Of a stretch of DNA of 25,196 nucleotides, positions 8,233 to 16,739 are shown in pieces. Origin of the DNA: a virus (Duplodnaviria; Caudoviricetes); the IMG/VR virus record IMGVR_UViG_3300012953_000209, positions 1-25,196 of that record; one strand, written 5' to 3'. The notes below the pieces were generated by a model. The model was not told the DNA's origin and made no database searches. It saw nothing but the letters and a program-made list of their open reading frames with translations. Positions within the stretch are counted from its first letter, which is position 1. Each line of letters opens with the position of its first letter. Position numbers and translations under genes: made by a program.

Positions 8233-8907
8233 CTATGTGACAGAGCTTCGGATAGAATCGTATCTAAATTCGTCTTTTCTTCCTCTTGCTTCTGCTCTAT
8301 TTTTTAATCTTGACATTTCTAAAGTAAATCTTTCGTCATACTTTTGTAGCAAATCTGCTTCACCTTTCATAAATGTATAAGCTTCGACCAAACAGCCGTA
8401 CAATAAGCCATTTCTGGCGTTATTTGAGATCCATGTGCCTGTGGTATCTGTTACTAGACTGTTTGGCTTATAAAGGTACTGCAATTCGGCTGTATAGCCA
8501 GTATCAGGTACTGGTGCAACTACCAAAGTAGAGCCGTTATTTGATGCAGTAGATAAATCTTTGTCATGATCAGCGTAATATAGAGGTAAGCCTCTAGCTG
8601 TAGTATCGCTTATATCTGGTGTGTATTCTTGCATAAAAGTATTGTGTTTTTTCAGCAAATAGTGGTAGTCATTGTTGCCATCTATAACTGCTAATGAAAA
8701 GCTTAAAATATAATCAGAAGGTGCTGTAAGAAACCTATTGCCAGCGGTAAATACACCTTGAACACTTTTTCTAAAATAATCAAATTGTATCAATTCAAAT
8801 ATTCTTTCTTCAGTAGTTTTTATAATATCATCTAAACTACTTACAAAAGTAGTTTCATCATTTTCTACATAATTTTGAATTAAAGTTTTAAGTTCAGCTA
8901 ACGTCAT
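8233..8907 (-). CDS. Putative head-tail adaptor / tail tubular protein
   Basis: MTLAELKTLIQNY...; RGLPLYYA, VAPVPD and LLYGCLVEAY motifs typical of adaptor proteins. Confidence 0.65.
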   Translation of the reverse strand: MTLAELKTLIQNYVENDETTFVSSLDDIIKTTEERIFELIQFDYFRKSVQGVFTAGNRFLTAPSDYILSFSLAVIDGNNDYHYLLKKHNTFMQEYTPDISDTTARGLPLYYADHDKDLSTASNNGSTLVVAPVPDTGYTAELQYLYKPNSLVTDTTGTWISNNARNGLLYGCLVEAYTFMKGEADLLQKYDERFTLEMSRLKNRAEARGRKDEFRYDSIRSSVT

Positions 8908-9209
8908 ATTGTAATTGTAACATCTCCTAAAGAAAGTGTTAGTTCGTTTCCAGCTATCGAAGAGCCAATACCATCTTTATTAGTGAAAACTCTACCAAAA
9001 TTTACTTCAAAATCAGTATTTGGTCTAGGGTTTGTCAAAGCTTCGCCATCAGTAGGATGTCTTTTAGGATCAATTTGTGGGTGTTTGGAGTTCCATTGGT
9101 CAGGTCCAACCAACAAACCATCCCAAGTTTTTTTCATATCTTTTAACTTGTAACGAAACCCACTTATGTCACAAATGCCGTATGCGTATTTACCTGTTGC
9201 TTTTGCCAT
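8904..9209 (-). CDS. Hypothetical phage protein (degenerate Zn-ribbon-like)
   Basis: GICDISGFRY...LLVGPDQW..KHPQ; translationally coupled to both neighbours. Confidence 0.7.
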   Translation of the reverse strand: MAKATGKYAYGICDISGFRYKLKDMKKTWDGLLVGPDQWNSKHPQIDPKRHPTDGEALTNPRPNTDFEVNFGRVFTNKDGIGSSIAGNELTLSLGDVTITI

Positions 9210-9880
9210 TAGTAAGTTGAAATAGATGGTCTGATTCTAAATGAGGCTTTATCTTCGTCTTGATCAGCTGCTCTTCTAAATTCTTCTTCGTATATAGCTT
9301 TTAATTGTGCCGTTTTATCTGGCGATCTTTTCATGCTTAAATAATAAGCCAGACCTGCTGCAAAACAAGGATAAAACCTAAAAGGCATATCCATTGTATC
9401 TATAGAATTATCTGCATCATCCATTCTTACTAATTTATTAAAAACTAAAATATCAGTAGAATTTTCTGGTGCTGGCCATACTTTTAAAACAGGTGTGTTC
9501 AATTTATCTAGAAAAAATTGTGTTGGTCTAGCTTTTGTAGCTTTGTTAGGTATATTTAGATACTCACTACGACTTACTCTATCCATACCTATATCAGTTT
9601 GCACTTGATTTGTTGTTCTTCTTATCACAACATCAAGAATATCTATAATGTTAGCATTCAAACTATAATCAGTTGTGCCTTCAGTAACAGTTTGAGTAGC
9701 TTGTTCTATAGTCCATTGATTTAAACCTCTGTTAGCCCATTCAGCTAACATAAGATTTATTGATCTTTTTGCTGTTTTTAAATCGTAACCTGTTCTTAAC
9801 TCAACACCACATCTTTCAAAAGCTTCTTCTATAAACTCTGTTACATTAGGTTCAAAATTTGTACTGCCTGATAATGCCAT
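9209..9880 (-). CDS. Putative head-tail adaptor / tail tubular protein A-like
   Basis: IEEAFERCG, LNQWT, RPTQFF, VWPAP and AGLAYYLS motifs; located between head and tail genes. Confidence 0.65.
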   Translation of the reverse strand: MALSGSTNFEPNVTEFIEEAFERCGVELRTGYDLKTAKRSINLMLAEWANRGLNQWTIEQATQTVTEGTTDYSLNANIIDILDVVIRRTTNQVQTDIGMDRVSRSEYLNIPNKATKARPTQFFLDKLNTPVLKVWPAPENSTDILVFNKLVRMDDADNSIDTMDMPFRFYPCFAAGLAYYLSMKRSPDKTAQLKAIYEEEFRRAADQDEDKASFRIRPSISTY

Positions 9881-10554
9881 TATTCTTCATATAAATTGTT
9901 AAATGTGATGGATGGATCTAAATAACTTTCATGACCTTCAGCAGAATGTGTCCATTGAGAAGGTTTGAAGTCAGGAGGTCCTTCACCAGTAACCCACAAA
10001 GCAGGACTTGTAGCTCTTACTCTGTTGTTTGGCAAAGCAACTAAGTTGCCTTTCCATTCACAATCTTCAGTTATATATAATACATGAGATTGTTTGTGTT
10101 GTGCAGAATCATCTGCAATATCTGAATCTGTATAGTCAACTGTAAAAAGATATTTGCCTTGATAAAAACCACCATCTATTTTACATATCCAAGGAGATGA
10201 ACTAACTCTATCTAAAACTGTCACTACATGATTTCTAGATTCACAATCCCAAGGTTGAGCTATGTGATCTTCCATAGGTGTTGGAAAATCATCCATAGGT
10301 ATATCGGCTACCAGTGCTTGTAAAGGCATTCTGGCCCACATAGCACCACCATGTACGTTTTCTTCATCATTATCTTCACAATCGCTTTCGCATCCAGTAA
10401 AAACTACCTGAAAGCTTAAAGACCTATCTGGTATTGTATTTACAGCTATAACTAAACAATGCAAATATTCGTCATGGTATTTTTCATGATTGTGTGTGAA
10501 TTCTCTTCTCACCCAACACTTAAAGTGTGGTACGTTGCTTATTAAGTAAGCCAA
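9880..10554 (-). CDS. Hypothetical phage protein
   Basis: 224 aa, TTG start; His/Cys/Asp/Trp-rich (GGAMWARMP, QPWDC, QHKQSH, PNNR). Confidence 0.8.
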   Translation of the reverse strand: MAYLISNVPHFKCWVRREFTHNHEKYHDEYLHCLVIAVNTIPDRSLSFQVVFTGCESDCEDNDEENVHGGAMWARMPLQALVADIPMDDFPTPMEDHIAQPWDCESRNHVVTVLDRVSSSPWICKIDGGFYQGKYLFTVDYTDSDIADDSAQHKQSHVLYITEDCEWKGNLVALPNNRVRATSPALWVTGEGPPDFKPSQWTHSAEGHESYLDPSITFNNLYEE

Positions 10555-10797
10555 CTATTTTTTCTTTGAATTTTTTAGGACAGAGCCACCTTTTGATTTT
10601 TTAATCATAGATCCGCCTTTAGATTTTTTAATCATACTTCCCCCTTTTGACTTTTTCATAAGATTGCCACCTTTAGACATCTTACGAATAGACCCGCCTT
10701 TAGATTTTTTAAGCATACTGCCGCCTTTAGACATCTTTCTTATAGAGCCACCTTTTGACTTTTTTATTACTGAAAATCCTTTTGTATTTTTATACAT
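10555..10797 (-). CDS. Lys-rich tandem-repeat protein
   Basis: 80 aa with seven K[KM]SKGGxxx units; GAGG RBS. Confidence 0.8.
   Translation of the reverse strand: MYKNTKGFSVIKKSKGGSIRKMSKGGSMLKKSKGGSIRKMSKGGNLMKKSKGGSMIKKSKGGSMIKKSKGGSVLKNSKKK
10576..10764 (-). repeat. 7 x 27-bp coding tandem repeat
   Basis: Units KKSKGGSIR/KMSKGGSML/KKSKGGSIR/KMSKGGNLM/KKSKGGSMI/KKSKGGSMI/KKSKGGSVL, with synonymous codon variation. Confidence 0.92.
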
Positions 10798-10806
10798 AAT
10801 AACCTC

Positions 10807-11256
10807 TTACGAGATGGTAGTTACTTTTTTTCTATTAGGCATAATGTTACCACAACCTTTAGCAACGAAACCACCATTTCTCATTTGTACTTTATTTTGT
10901 TTTGACATAGATTTTTCTATAGCCAAACCCCTTTTTTTCTCGTATTTACTTAGAGAACCGTCTTTATCTAGATCGGCTTTACCTGGATTGTTAAGTTTCA
11001 CAAAACCTCCGTTACTTAATTTATTTGATACATTTATCGGTTTACCTTTTCTATCTTTGTTTGGGTCTTTTGCTCTTTTTCTAGCAACTAACTTAGCTCT
11101 TTCTGCCTTAGATAAACTTTCAGCCTTACTTCTTGGCAAACATTTAGGTTTGCCTTCAGCTTCTTTTCTACTGCCGCAAGATCCTAAAATAGTGCCATCT
11201 GATCCTATTCTAACCCAATCTTGATCTAACCAACTTTGTAGTTGTCCTTTTGCCAT
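10807..11256 (-). CDS. Basic hypothetical protein with an EF-hand-like loop
   Basis: 149 aa, K/R-rich; DLDKDGSLSKYE loop; two NGGFV motifs. Confidence 0.8.
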   Translation of the reverse strand: MAKGQLQSWLDQDWVRIGSDGTILGSCGSRKEAEGKPKCLPRSKAESLSKAERAKLVARKRAKDPNKDRKGKPINVSNKLSNGGFVKLNNPGKADLDKDGSLSKYEKKRGLAIEKSMSKQNKVQMRNGGFVAKGCGNIMPNRKKVTTIS

Positions 11257-11257
11257 T

Positions 11258-11467
11258 TTATCTTGTTTTTTCTTTTAAAACTGCACCTTGCCCTCTAATA
11301 GAGACAAAGCCACCATTTCTTTTTTTTGATTTTTTAGCATAATTTGGGTCTTTACAATATTTAGAAGCAGCTAAATTTGCATAAGCTGAAGGGTAAACAT
11401 CAAATGTTCTTTTTGCCCAAGCTTTACCTTCTGGACATATTTTTCCTTTTGATTTAGCTTTAGCCAT
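11258..11467 (-). CDS. Small basic hypothetical protein
   Basis: 69 aa; YPSAYAN and RNGGFV motifs. Confidence 0.78.
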   Translation of the reverse strand: MAKAKSKGKICPEGKAWAKRTFDVYPSAYANLAASKYCKDPNYAKKSKKRNGGFVSIRGQGAVLKEKTR

Positions 11468-11746
11468 TTAACAATCCCAATCCTTTCTTGCCCAATAATT
11501 AGCACTACATCTATCGGTAGTACCTTTCATGCCTGCGCTTCTAGCACAATAAGATTTCTTTCTAGCTTTATCATTTTTGTGCATACCTAAATTTGCGTCT
11601 CCAAAAGTTATTCTCTTTACTCTTTTACTTTCGCTGCTGCATCCCATAACAAAAACTACTTTACGTTTTTTGCCATATCCAGGCTCGCCAGCTCGAATAG
11701 CTCTTGGTTTGTTGAGAGTTACTTTTTTCCCTTTGTATTCAGCCAT
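11468..11746 (-). CDS. Small basic hypothetical protein
   Basis: 92 aa; ITFGD...RKKSYCARS...SANYWARKDW. Confidence 0.78.
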   Translation of the reverse strand: MAEYKGKKVTLNKPRAIRAGEPGYGKKRKVVFVMGCSSESKRVKRITFGDANLGMHKNDKARKKSYCARSAGMKGTTDRCSANYWARKDWDC

Positions 11747-12147
11747 TAAAAGTTTTTATTTAATACTAATATAATAGAGTAAGCATCCCCATTGGAATGT
11801 CCTACCGTAGTAAAATCAATATCTCCTGTAACTCCAGAGCCAGCATTGTTTGGTATGCCAGTAAATAAATCATAGTATTCATCTCCTGTACTATCTGCTG
11901 GTAACGGTATAGCTAAAACATTAGTAGAAGCGTCAAATTCAACATCTACTCCCATTCCTCTAGTTGCCCAATAAATCCTAGATATAGAAACACTTGTACA
12001 AGCGTTACCATTTGCATCAGCAGCTAAAGCTGAAACGTCTACTTTCTTTACAGATGCTTCACCTGTACCGTCAGATTCATTAGTAAACTTCAAAACGGCA
12101 GTTTTACCACCGTCTTGAATAGTTTGACTTGTTACTACATCAGCCAT
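11746..12147 (-). CDS. Putative virion structural protein
   Basis: 133 aa, beta-rich, AGGAG RBS; downstream of the capsid genes. Confidence 0.65.
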   Translation of the reverse strand: MADVVTSQTIQDGGKTAVLKFTNESDGTGEASVKKVDVSALAADANGNACTSVSISRIYWATRGMGVDVEFDASTNVLAIPLPADSTGDEYYDLFTGIPNNAGSGVTGDIDFTTVGHSNGDAYSIILVLNKNF

Positions 12148-12157
12148 AATTTACTCC

Positions 12158-12706
12158 TTACGCTATTTGAACGTATTCAATAATAAACGTAAATTCACCA
12201 GCAGTTGTTGCATCTACTGTATTAGTAATATTACAGAAAATTGTTCTTTCTGCGGATGTGTACTGAACGGAAGCTGGTGCTGTAGTTGCGTCTTGTGTTT
12301 GTAGCACAAGTGAAGTTACAGTAACATTTCCAACTACTACCGTAGTACCCCCATCTAATATTTCATCAGTTTGGGCTGCAACAATTTGTGCGCCTGAACT
12401 GGTTGTACCTACTTCATAACCAATATCACCAGTTCCTATAACAGGTGATGTGTTACAAAATATTTTAATATCAGTAATAATTGTGTTAGCTGGTTGCGTA
12501 AACTGGCCTATAGAAGGTGAATCACCCGCAGTTGTGTTTACAGTAACTCCAGTTGCAAAACCAACGTGCTTTACAAATTTATTTGTAACAATACCCGTTG
12601 ATGCAATATTTACAACATCAGTTTCTGCTCCTGTTGTTGCATTTTTTGATATGACCTTAAACCCATTTTCGGATCTGACTGGCCCACTAAAAGTCGAATT
12701 TGCCAT
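12158..12706 (-). CDS. Putative head fibre / capsid decoration protein
   Basis: MANSTFSGPVRSENGF N-terminus, Thr/Val-rich; GGAGG RBS; located after the major capsid gene. Confidence 0.6.
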   Translation of the reverse strand: MANSTFSGPVRSENGFKVISKNATTGAETDVVNIASTGIVTNKFVKHVGFATGVTVNTTAGDSPSIGQFTQPANTIITDIKIFCNTSPVIGTGDIGYEVGTTSSGAQIVAAQTDEILDGGTTVVVGNVTVTSLVLQTQDATTAPASVQYTSAERTIFCNITNTVDATTAGEFTFIIEYVQIA

Positions 12707-12790
12707 AATTTCCTCCGTTGGAAATCGTCTTTATCATCTCGGCTTGTCTGCTAGGTCAGTTGATAAAGATATTAAAATTACCCTAGAGTT
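12707..12790 (-). ncRNA. Candidate structured 5' leader RNA (possible pseudoknot plus RBS hairpin)
   Basis: 9-bp stem UCUUUAUCA/UGAUAAAGA; inner CUG-ACCUAG-CAG hairpin whose loop is complementary to upstream CUAGG; GAUUUCC/GGAAAUU hairpin covers the RBS. Confidence 0.45.
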
Positions 12791-12799
12791 AAAATATTA

Positions 12800-13216
12800 C
12801 TATACTGCTTCTTGCGTAGCAATAGGTAGTTTTTCTTTTGCTTTCAGAACTAATTGATGGGCTTCAAAAAGAGCTTCATAAGACTCTTTGATAGCTGGAT
12901 CTTTACCGTAAAGGTTAGTTAAATCTTCTGAAATCATTTCAATTAAGCATCTAGTTGTTAGTAGTCTTCCCCTCATATCTTCAAGTTTATTTTCCATAGT
13001 CATTTCCCTGTATCTGCGTTTTTGTTTGATGTCAAATTTAAGCCAATTTTGAATATTTATTAGCTTTTTTTGAGTTTCTGTATATTGACACCAATCACGA
13101 ATCTGTTCAACAGATCTTCCGCATCCTTGGCAAATTTTATCAAATGGAATTACCGAAGTGGTACAACTACCCATACAGGGCGTTTCAGATAGGCTATTTG
13201 GTTCGTGTAACCTCAT
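12800..13216 (-). CDS. DUF1289 (YdhL-like, predicted Fe-S) domain protein with helical C-terminal extension
   Basis: TPCMGSC...ICQGCGRSVEQIRDW four-Cys signature. Confidence 0.8.
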   Translation of the reverse strand: MRLHEPNSLSETPCMGSCTTSVIPFDKICQGCGRSVEQIRDWCQYTETQKKLINIQNWLKFDIKQKRRYREMTMENKLEDMRGRLLTTRCLIEMISEDLTNLYGKDPAIKESYEALFEAHQLVLKAKEKLPIATQEAV

Positions 13217-13228
13217 ATTTATATCCTT

Positions 13229-13257
13229 AGTTACAGGCAGTATATTATAAGTTACAG
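13229..13257 (-). promoter_or_regulatory. Putative promoter (TATAAT) flanked by 8-bp direct repeats
   Basis: TATAAT at 13249..13244; AGTTACAG (+ strand) at 13229-13236 and 13250-13257; no good -35. Confidence 0.5.
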
Positions 13258-13284
13258 AAAAAAGAAAGGGGTCCGAAGACCCCT
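13257..13284 (-). terminator. Rho-independent terminator after the major capsid gene
   Basis: AGGGGTC-TTCG-GACCCCT stem with a C(UUCG)G tetraloop, followed by TTCTTTTTT. Confidence 0.93.
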
Positions 13285-13301
13285 CTCTGAGATGTTATGA
13301 A

Positions 13302-14207
13302 TTAAGCTCCCTGAGAACCGTCAACACATCTCCAGTTAGAGAATCCAAATGAATATCTCTCTCTGGCTTTGTATCTCATGTTTCCAGTGTCAAAATCCCC
13401 TTCTAAAGAAGTTTGCATTGGTGATCTAACAAACATTTTAAAACCATCAGGTACATCAGTTTTTAAGAAGTAAGCATCCGAATCAGTTAAGTAGTGATTT
13501 ACTACATAACCTTGAGGAAGCATTCCTTGATTTCTAACTGAGTTGATGTCGTTGTCAGAAGTTCCTACTCTACCAGGAGTATTCATTAATCTATCAGCCA
13601 CAAATTGAAGTTGTGGTGGAACGATTAATTTAGTTCCTTGTAAAGCAATTGCAAGTCCACGATCATCTGTCTGAGTAGAGATTCTAATTAGTGCATCTTC
13701 TAATGAAGTTTCATTAAGATCTGCAAAAGTAGTAGCTCTATTCTGAGCAGTTCCTGAAGATAATGGGTGATCAGTAGCGATTAAAGGCTTACCATCTCCA
13801 CCATTAAAGCTTGTAGAAAAAGCGTTATTTAGAATATTAGCCGCTTTGATCTGCTTAGTGTTAGCCATACTTCTAGCAAGTGCTTTAGTATATCTAGAAC
13901 CAAGACGGTCATAGAGGTTATCTTCTACTGCTTCTTCTGTTAAAGCAAAAGCAAGAGCTACGGTTTCGTGTTCATAACGAGCCGTAAATCCTTCTGTTGC
14001 ATTATCAAAGCTTACTCCAGCTCCTTCAGCTTTCGTAGGTGCATTACCAAAACCAACGATCATTACTTCTTCTTCAAAAGCTCGGTCTGAACTTTGCTCT
14101 TCAAAGATTTCTGCGTGTTCGTTGTCATATCTGCTGTACTCCATACCAAAAAGGGCATTTAGTCCAGGCTCTAACTCTTTAGCGAGTTGCGCTCTATTTA
14201 TAGCCAT
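13302..14207 (-). CDS. Major capsid protein (HK97 fold, Mu gpT-like)
   Basis: 301 aa; MAINRAQLAKELEPGLNALFG, GGDGKPLIATDHP, KLIVPPQL, YKARERYSFGFSNWR; strong terminator follows. Confidence 0.9.
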   Translation of the reverse strand: MAINRAQLAKELEPGLNALFGMEYSRYDNEHAEIFEEQSSDRAFEEEVMIVGFGNAPTKAEGAGVSFDNATEGFTARYEHETVALAFALTEEAVEDNLYDRLGSRYTKALARSMANTKQIKAANILNNAFSTSFNGGDGKPLIATDHPLSSGTAQNRATTFADLNETSLEDALIRISTQTDDRGLAIALQGTKLIVPPQLQFVADRLMNTPGRVGTSDNDINSVRNQGMLPQGYVVNHYLTDSDAYFLKTDVPDGFKMFVRSPMQTSLEGDFDTGNMRYKARERYSFGFSNWRCVDGSQGA

Positions 14208-14209
14208 GA

Positions 14210-14779
14210 TTAAACTCCTGTAGTAGTAGTGTATTGGTGTTCGTTAATTTTAACGATCACGTTTACGTTAGCAGAACCCCTTTCATTGTTTTCAGGATCT
14301 CTAGAAAAGCCTATGATTCTGAAATTTTCAGCAGCAGATGTTGCTCCTGAATCAACTTCAGCTTTTGATTGGCCAGTAATAGTAGAACCAGCTGTGTAAG
14401 CTAAATCTACATTAGCGCCAACAGCAGCTAAAGCAAGGGAACCAGTACATTGTACTTCGTAGAGATTGTTTGGATCATCTTCTACTAAAGCAGTTATAGT
14501 ACTTGTTGAAGTTTGACCAGTCGGGAAAAACGATTTAAAAGTTACGTTACCCGCAGAGTCGCTAAATTGACACCCTCTAAAAATTCCTAAGATTGGTTGC
14601 TCACTTGCCGCATCATGGACAAGAATAGTACCAGCCGCAGTCATTCTTACAGGATCTCCTGAGAAAATACTTCCAGTTGCGCCTGAAGCAATTTCGTATT
14701 CGGTAGTTCCGTTGTTTTGAACACTCGAACCTAATTTGCCTACAAGCTTAAAACCGAAAGGTGCATCTTTATTAGCCAT
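14210..14779 (-). CDS. Putative capsid cement/decoration protein
   Basis: MANKDAPFGF.., IFSGDPV, LGIFRGC, VEDDP motifs; immediately upstream of the major capsid gene. Confidence 0.6.
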   Translation of the reverse strand: MANKDAPFGFKLVGKLGSSVQNNGTTEYEIASGATGSIFSGDPVRMTAAGTILVHDAASEQPILGIFRGCQFSDSAGNVTFKSFFPTGQTSTSTITALVEDDPNNLYEVQCTGSLALAAVGANVDLAYTAGSTITGQSKAEVDSGATSAAENFRIIGFSRDPENNERGSANVNVIVKINEHQYTTTTGV

Positions 14780-14812
14780 TTTATTTCCTTTATTTTAAGT
14801 TTGTGTTAAGTG

Positions 14813-15313
14813 TCACTCCCTATTGCCACCGCCAAAAGTTACGCTTGAAGTCCTTCTCGGTCTTTCGATTGGAGAACGACTATCAGATTCCTTCATAAGA
14901 TCATTATCGACAGCAGATTGCATTTCTGCAGCTCTTTTATTGAAATAATCATTTCTTTCCTGTCTTGTCTCTAAAGGTATCTTAGCTAACAACAACCCTC
15001 CTACTGATACAACACCTGCGTGTTTTCCGTCTTGAATAGATGGTAACTGAAAATCTCCTATCTCTTCTGAACGAACAAGCTCAAAGCCTTCTCTCAGACG
15101 AGACATAATATTTTTGTTATCAGGACTATTTAAGACCTCTGCACGAATCCATCTGTAGGCATAACCTTCAGGCGGTTCTGGCGTTTCTAACATTGTTGGT
15201 GGTTGCCAAGGTTTGCGAGATTCTTGGGACTCTCGAGTGTCCGCAGAACGATCAGTTCTGTTATTAAAATTCTGTTCAACATCCTTCTCTATTTTTGTTT
15301 TTTTATTTGTCAT
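14813..15313 (-). CDS. Hypothetical protein of the head module
   Basis: WQPPTML..PEPPEGYAYRWIR, LREGFE, GGLLLAKIP; lies between the scaffold and cement genes. Confidence 0.8.
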   Translation of the reverse strand: MTNKKTKIEKDVEQNFNNRTDRSADTRESQESRKPWQPPTMLETPEPPEGYAYRWIRAEVLNSPDNKNIMSRLREGFELVRSEEIGDFQLPSIQDGKHAGVVSVGGLLLAKIPLETRQERNDYFNKRAAEMQSAVDNDLMKESDSRSPIERPRRTSSVTFGGGNRE

Positions 15314-15318
15314 TTAGT

Positions 15319-16245
15319 TTACCTTTTTACAAATTTTGCGTATTCAGTTAATGGTACATTTAATCTTTTTGCCATTTGGACTTCTGATGGAGATAATTTT
15401 ACTTGTCTCTTACCAGATACACTTGAGTCCGCTCTAGCAGCAGATGCCACTCGCTGTTGTGGTTTTTCCGTTGTGTTTGAATTTTCTTCAAACTTATGTG
15501 GAAACTCCATTCTCATACGTTTGTTAACCTCAGTATAATACTCATCTGAGGTAGGATCAAACCCTTCTTGCTTTAATTGTTTATCAATTGTAAAAGCCCC
15601 CATAGTCATAATTTGATCATTTCCAAACCATTCATTTTGATCTGCCCAAGTTTGAGCTTTTGGATCAATTTGTTTAGGTGCTGAATTAGTTGCAACATCT
15701 AAATTATTTTGAAAGTTTTGTTCTTCTTTTTGTGCGTTTTGATATTCTAATTCTTTCTTTTGAGTATCTATTTTGTTTTCTTCAACAGCTATTTTTGCCA
15801 AAATATCTGTAGCTTTTGCAACTTTTTCAAAATCTTGATTTACTTGTGCTTCTGTAAGAGCTTTAGTAGCTTGTACTCTTTGAGAATTCAATCGGCTTTC
15901 TGCTTCAGTCAAATAATTTTTTTCTGTAACTTCTTTAGAGCCTCTTAACTTTTTATTTTCTTCTTGAATTTGTTGTGCATAATTCAAAGCAGAATCTTTT
16001 GCTCTTTCTTCTTCACGAAGTTTTCTGGTTAAATTATTTATTCTTTTTTGTACTTTAGAAGAATATTCTTCTAACTCTTCTTCTTCGCCAACAGATTCTG
16101 TAGCGGTTTGTTCTACCTTATTTTCTTCTGTCGCTACAGCTTCAGCATTTTCAACTTCTTCTGTTGTTGGTGTTGGAGTATCGAGTTCTACTACTTCAAC
16201 TCCCTCTACCTCTTCTACTATCTGCTCTTTCGCTTCTTCGTTCAT
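15319..16245 (-). CDS. Putative scaffolding protein
   Basis: Acidic N-terminus, long coiled coil, WADQNEWFG, C-terminal helix pair LSPSEVQMAKRLNVPLTEYAK; lies between portal and major capsid genes. Confidence 0.7.
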   Translation of the reverse strand: MNEEAKEQIVEEVEGVEVVELDTPTPTTEEVENAEAVATEENKVEQTATESVGEEEELEEYSSKVQKRINNLTRKLREEERAKDSALNYAQQIQEENKKLRGSKEVTEKNYLTEAESRLNSQRVQATKALTEAQVNQDFEKVAKATDILAKIAVEENKIDTQKKELEYQNAQKEEQNFQNNLDVATNSAPKQIDPKAQTWADQNEWFGNDQIMTMGAFTIDKQLKQEGFDPTSDEYYTEVNKRMRMEFPHKFEENSNTTEKPQQRVASAARADSSVSGKRQVKLSPSEVQMAKRLNVPLTEYAKFVKR

Positions 16246-16253
16246 ATTTACTC

Positions 16254-16739
16254 CTATACTGCAATAATATCGTTTGGATCTTTTATAGTGGCTAAGACTT
16301 CATCATCATTGATAAGACGACACTCAGCATCATCTCCTAATTTAAATCTTGCACCAGCATATCTGCCAATCAATACCCATTGTTTTTCTTGACACCAAGG
16401 GGTGTCGCCAAACTTTTTAGAATCGTTATAACAACCGTCTCCCATTTTTACTACATAAGCACAAACGGAGGCTAAAGTTTCTCTTTCTATATGACTTTTT
16501 ACTAAATGAATTCCACCAGAAGACACCCCTGTACCAGCGTAAGGTAAAACTAATATTCTATAACCTTGAGGTTGTGGCATTCGATCAATTAAAGTTTGAT
16601 CTAATAAAGTTGGATCTAGAACTCTTTTTTCTTCTGACACATAAGTTTCATCCAAAGCTTCGCCAGTTTCTTTATTTTGTTCCTCTATTTCTTTCGCTAT
16701 ATGGTCAGGGACCATTACTTGATTTTTCGTCTTCATCAA
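16254..16739 (-). CDS. groES: Co-chaperonin GroES (Cpn10) homolog
   Basis: PQGYRILV, mobile loop SSGGIHL, VVKMG, RYAG, LINDDEVLA; exact start uncertain. Confidence 0.85.
   Translation of the reverse strand: MMKTKNQVMVPDHIAKEIEEQNKETGEALDETYVSEEKRVLDPTLLDQTLIDRMPQPQGYRILVLPYAGTGVSSGGIHLVKSHIERETLASVCAYVVKMGDGCYNDSKKFGDTPWCQEKQWVLIGRYAGARFKLGDDAECRLINDDEVLATIKDPNDIIAV

Noticed and set aside
10576-10764. 27-bp repeats as a CRISPR array
   Set aside because: There are no spacers, the repeats are in-frame coding with synonymous variation, and no cas genes are present.
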